Of a stretch of 64,000 nt of DNA, positions 51,326-64,000 are shown piece after piece. The notes beneath the pieces are model-generated. The model searched no databases. It was not told the DNA's origin and worked only from the letters and a program-made list of their open reading frames with translations. Source of the DNA: Paragordius varius (Eukaryota > Animalia > Nematomorpha); NCBI GenBank assembly GCA_964247055.1, contig OZ176057.1, forward strand, positions 1,302,001 through 1,366,000, read 5' to 3'. The translations under genes and the position numbers were made by a program. Position 1 is the stretch's first letter, and every line of letters begins with the position of its first letter.

Positions 51326-52937
51326 TTAAGACCCTGGACTATATTTGAGTTGTCATATTTTTAAAAATACGCTAAAAGAAACGGTTTCAATTTAATTTTA
51401 CCTCTATCCTAATAAAAATTATATAAATTATTTAATTAATTCTAAAAGTTTCTAATTAATTTTTTATTTTACAACAATTTTGCAGAATATCTTGTTTATT
51501 TGATTTTAACGTTTTTTGATATCCCATTTTTCATAAATACCCATATTATTGGAGTTATAAATTAAATTTTCGAATATATTTACAATTGGTATTTTTCGAT
51601 AATTAATTAGTTTTCTAAATATCTTGGGGATTATAGTCATATTTAAAATATTTTTGGCAAACTTTTCTTAATTTATATCGATACATTAGTGCAGTAAATT
51701 ATTATCATTCATAAATCTGAAAAAGTTATAAGAAAATATTGTCCGGATTGGTAATTAAAATTCCTCGGTAACCCATACATATTCTAATATATTCTTATAT
51801 ATGTATTTAAAAATTGCATGCTAAACACAGTCAGAAATTTAAGTAGGGTTAGTTTAAGCTGTCTTCATTGGAAAAATTCATCAATTTCTGGAATAGAATT
51901 CATTGTGATATATTTTATATTTGCGCTCTCTTCATGGCATATATATTAAAAAAATTATATCAAATTTGTCCATGTATTTCATCAAATTTTTTGTTTTAAC
52001 GAATATTATACAATTTAACAGCAAAATTAGCAATATTATAATATTTTTACTAGCTATTTTGTTATTCATATGAAAATTAAAACACATTCATATTAATAAA
52101 TTAATTTGGTTATGTCTTGAAATAAAATTAATTCAAATGTGGCTCTTCAAGCCATTTTAATATAAATAAAAAGGGTTTATATTGCTTATTTTTAAATTAA
52201 ACTAACGCAGACATGTCATGTTGACTAAATATTTACCATAAGTTCTATCCATAAAATAAGTAATATCAACTTTATTTTAAATCTTTTTCATATTTTGCAT
52301 CAATGTCATATGAGTGCAAACTTTTGCAGTGGGTTTCATATGTTCCATATTTTTGGAAATATTTGATTAAACATGCCAGGAGTTCCCAAAGACCCCAATT
52401 TAAATCGAAGGACTGAAATAAATGTGTTGTATCCAAGTGTTAATTTAACTCATAAAAGTTACTATAGGGAGGTAATCATTGTTACATTGTTTAATTCATA
52501 CATATTTTATCTAATTATTCATTCTTTATTGGTTCTTAGTATATATATTATAATATAAAACAATAAAATAGCGTTACAAATCTTAAAATAATAATGTTAA
52601 GAGTTATTGTGCGTTTGTTTCGTTGCCATGAGTTTTCGTGAGGTTCCACGCATTAACTTAGCTCGAGGGGGAGAAATATGGGCTGATACATAGGCGCCAT
52701 AGTCGAAAGGGGCGTCGGATTTAAATTTTTTTTATTTATTTCAAAAAAATTGTGTTATTTAAAAGTTTTCATTTTACATAATACATAAAAAATCACCCAT
52801 TTATGAGTGTAGCCATGATCACGGTTTGAATTTGATTATTTTTTTAAAATGCCGGGGTTGCATGGATAGGAACGTCATCACGGAATCGTGCATAAGGGTG
52901 CCAGAAATGTAAACTAGGCCTCTGGTTGCCAGAGTCA

Positions 52938-54233
52938 TCAGCATCTAATTTGATTTTTGGGGTAAAATGATGACTTTTTAAAAACCTTTCGTAGATTTGG
53001 ATCACATAAAACATAGATAATTGTATAAAATAAGGATAAAATTTTAATGATTTTTGTTATGGGTTTTGCGTAAAGGAGTTTAATGGGCGGTTCCATTTGC
53101 AATACATAATATCGGCTAAAACATATATAAACAATATATGAAGGAGCTATCATAAGGAAATGGCCCAAAATGAGTAGGTACAGAAAAAGGAATTTTTGAA
53201 TTGATTTTCGGAAAACAGGAGGTAATCTGTTTCGTTGTATTTTTCTATTTGCACAAACTTTGGTCCACTGACGAAATCGATTAATGCCATAGACGTTATT
53301 TAATATAGGTGTCGAAGATTTATTTGACTTAGCATTGCTCAGCGGTGAAAAACTAGTATTTCCGACAGTAGCCAAGATGATAGGTTTAATTACGTGTGGA
53401 CTTTTATCGGTAAATACCGTGGCTCGCCGTTTATTATATTTCATGAGGTAATGAACAACTACATAAATCATTACGGTCAGGGTAATAGCTAATGTTATCA
53501 TTATTACTGCATAACTTATTACGATTCGGCGAACATATTGAACATTATACCTTGATTTTCCATGGTAGATTAGACAAAGGGGTATTTTAGGGGGAATCTT
53601 GATTGGTAGGGTATGATTTTTCATAGATGTTGCACTTGTAATGTTTAATACTGTACCATATGCAGATTCACTTTTGCAATCTAAAACATTATAAACTATA
53701 TCGGAATTTAATGTTTGTACCATATAAACATCACTCAATCGGTAATCAACTATGTGAGGAATGGAAATGATAAAAAACAAGATATACGGTGATAGTATAT
53801 AAAATTTTTGACTTCTAAGCCACCGTAATCGAGTAAAATATATCAGTCCATAGAGCCGATCCGCAAATAACATTAAGATGAGGTAACAATTAAGCATAGC
53901 CAATATAAGTTTTATGGAGACGACCAACTTGGTCAAAAAATTGATAAGCGTACAGGTAGGAGCTAAATTTCCACCAGCTATATAGTAAAGACTAACTGTG
54001 ACTAGGGTATTTATGCTACTTAATATATTTACTACCGTTATACATTGTAAAAAATAGTATGGGCGATATGGCGCTTTAATTTTGATTAATAAAACGTACA
54101 GGACATAACTGTTAACTAAAAAAGCAAAAAAGGATAAAAATAGCACTGACCGAATATAGAATACACAAAATCTTTCTGCCGGATTTTGTTTTAACAAAGG
54201 TTTAAAACTTGATATCTCTATGATGACATTCAT
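52938..54233 (-). CDS. Intronless rhodopsin-like orphan GPCR, copy B, 431 aa
   Basis: Same motifs as 4209-5507; first ~200 aa identical, about 11 substitutions and a one-codon indel after that. Confidence 0.8.
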   Translation of the reverse strand: MNVIIEISSFKPLLKQNPAERFCVFYIRSVLFLSFFAFLVNSYVLYVLLIKIKAPYRPYYFLQCITVVNILSSINTLVTVSLYYIAGGNLAPTCTLINFLTKLVVSIKLILAMLNCYLILMLFADRLYGLIYFTRLRWLRSQKFYILSPYILFFIISIPHIVDYRLSDVYMVQTLNSDIVYNVLDCKSESAYGTVLNITSATSMKNHTLPIKIPPKIPLCLIYHGKSRYNVQYVRRIVISYAVIMITLAITLTVMIYVVVHYLMKYNKRRATVFTDKSPHVIKPIILATVGNTSFSPLSNAKSNKSSTPILNNVYGINRFRQWTKVCANRKIQRNRLPPVFRKSIQKFLFLYLLILGHFLMIAPSYIVYICFSRYYVLQMEPPIKLLYAKPITKIIKILSLFYTIIYVLCDPNLRKVFKKSSFYPKNQIRC

Positions 54234-54585
54234 GTTCGATATAACTTAAGAAATTGTTAAATTTGAATAATTATTCATAATTTTAAAAATTAATCCTGCC
54301 AATTGGCTTATTAGGGCGTTAATGATAATTTTTTGGCTTACGTTCGATGCAATTGCTTTTAATTATTGTTTATGGATTATGGTGATTAATTTTATGCCGT
54401 TTCGAAAAATAATCTCTTAATTGAAATAAATCTTGGCTTAAATCTTAAATATCGCCGTTTACATATATATGTAATCAAAATTTATGAAGTAAGAAAAATG
54501 CTAAATAAAAGAAACTTCAATTTTATAACTCTAATATTAAACTCCGAAATTATATTTCTTATTTAAGTAACAATTTTAAATAATA

Positions 54586-54629
<44 letters not shown>

Positions 54630-56876
54630 ACCCAAATATATTCTAAAAGATATTGATAGTAATAAACAGAGGCGTAGCTAGATGGGGGAAAGGGGGGCTG
54701 ATACATCGGGCGCCATAGTTGAAGGTTTTAAAAAAAATTTAAATTTATTTCAAAAAGATATTTAAAAGTTATAAATTTAAATAATTATACGTACAAAATC
54801 ACCCATTTATGAGTGTGGTCATGTGTCCAACGTTTGAAAATGATTATTTTTTTAAAATGCATGGGAATGTGCATCGGACCCCAGAAATGCAAGTTACCCC
54901 TCTGGGTTCACGATTCAAAACTAAAATGCATTCTGCATGCAGCTATTTCTAATCGCTTTTTTGATGGTGTTGCTTATTTTAAAGAATGGATTTATAATTT
55001 AATTGTTGTTGCTTTTTTGCCATTGTACTTCTTCTGTTAAAATGTCTAAAGTAAAAGTGCCATTTAATAAAATATTTGCTCCGAACAGGACTACTATTTT
55101 GCTTCCCTCAGTTGTATTGATTTTTCTTGCATTTGATTTGTAGAGTTCATTTCATGATGGATTTTAATATATTCATGCACTTAAGTTGTGAGTCCTGGAT
55201 TTCCCTCAAGAAAACTGACTGGAACAAAATAAACGCATTAGAATAATGGACCTATCAGTATGACCCGGTAAGTATTACTTACGTCCTTATGCTTCAGTCC
55301 TTATGCTTATTTTTGAATAAAAATCATACATTCATCATAAGTCTGCTCCTATAGACTTATTAAAATTTCAAAGTGGCATAACTTAAAATATTGCGAATTT
55401 TTGAATTCTGTAAATTGAAGGATAGAAAGTAAAGTATATTTAACAAATAATAAATGGTTTGAGTAATGTTGCTTCATCTTTTGGCATTAAAAGGGGTTTA
55501 CACAACCTCTGTTAAAAATAGATGAATCCTAAAACATGCATCAAAATCAAAAGTTTTTTAGAAGTACGTATTTTATCCAGCTATATTTTTTAGATTTTTT
55601 TGAATTATCAATTGAAATATTTGCTTACTTCGTGAAATAAAAAAATCTACCCAATTTTTGAATTTTTTAAATTGGAGGACAGAAAATCTGTATATATAAC
55701 AAATAATTTATAGGTTTTAGAAATTGCATCGATCTCTTACACATCTTAGTTAACTAAACCGCTTCAAAAAATATATCTGGAACACACATGTAAAATCTAA
55801 AGTTTTTTAGAACATGCGCAAATGATTAAACTATATTTTTTAGATTTTGATGTCATGGCGATTGAAATATCTGCGCACTTTATTTTGAGGATGAAGCATT
55901 GAAGAATATACCCATTTTATTGGATATTATAAAATATTTACTATTAGATGTATAAAAATAATATATATTGACAATACAGTGGAAACATAATACAAAAAAT
56001 AATTAGATACAAGTACTAGACTATATTAACCCTCAAATAAAGCTTACTTAAAATACACATTAGATTTGTCCATGTGAATGAGAGCCGACCGATAACATAG
56101 AAAAAGCCACCATTATAAGCCAAGTATTATGGGCTAGAAAACATGGTAGGCCTAAAATGCGATATTTACAGATATTAAAAGGTCTCAACTGCTCCACACG
56201 ATAGATCCGAAAACCAAGGTTAAGAGAGTATATGGATGGTTATTTTTAATTTAACGCTTTTCTTTTTTAGTTTTTTTGTTTATAATTGATGCAATAAGGG
56301 ACATAAGCATATTTATTAATATGGATCAATTTTAAATGTATTTAAATTATATCAATATTGACATGTACAGAATAATTTTTTTAAACGGTATAAAAATATT
56401 GTTGGATATAATTATATATAATATATGTATGAATTATGCTTTTTCCATAAATGAAACAGAGATGTATAATTATAAAATAAATGCAGCGCGTGTATCACAA
56501 ATATAAATACAAATGTTTAACTTTTGATTTTAGGGAATCAACTCTGGTACCATTGTGAAAACAATTTAAATTATACACATATAATAGCTTCGATTTTAGA
56601 AATGTACATAGAGTGGAATTAAATAGCATATGCTAAAAAAAGACAATGGTTACGATTAAAATTAATTATTTTAATTAATTATGGAAAGGTTTTATTATAA
56701 CATTTGCTACAGTACAGGTAGGTAGGACTTTAATTTTTTATATACCAAATTGGTTTATTAAATTCAATATTCCATTGATTTTCGAAGAAAATGTACTATA
56801 TTTGATAAAAATTTGCCTTCCTATCATTATTCCATAGATGTAAATTTTGATATATAACTTGGACAACATAGCACAA

Positions 56877-64000
<7,124 letters not shown>

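Overview
Very AT-rich animal (invertebrate-like) genomic DNA with spliceosomal GT-AG introns; the species cannot be determined from sequence alone. The window holds two tandem, diverged copies of one gene neighbourhood. Copy A (1-21660) has the last exon of ELAC2/RNase Z, an intronless class-A GPCR and a netrin whose 5' exons are missing. Copy B (about 24049 to beyond 64000) has BTB-domain exons, a complete 18-exon ELAC2 (about 1157 aa by my exon model), the GPCR and a netrin that continues off the window. A 2.4-kb foldback element with CACAGTG ends sits where A/B homology stops. Introns and intergenic DNA are crowded with DNA transposons: a TA-targeting MITE family with 21-bp subterminal repeats (about 16 copies, one possibly creating a new ELAC2 intron, and a related variant expanded into a minisatellite), Tc1-type MITEs, TTAA piggyBac-like elements (one nested in its own family), a 4.3-kb near-perfect palindrome and a frameshifted Buster-type hAT transposon with an 8-bp TSD. 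All three multi-exon proteins carry long, mostly Asn-rich loop insertions. Exon coordinates were derived by hand from splice sites, phase and motif continuity. Whether the duplication is real or an uncollapsed-haplotype assembly join cannot be settled here.
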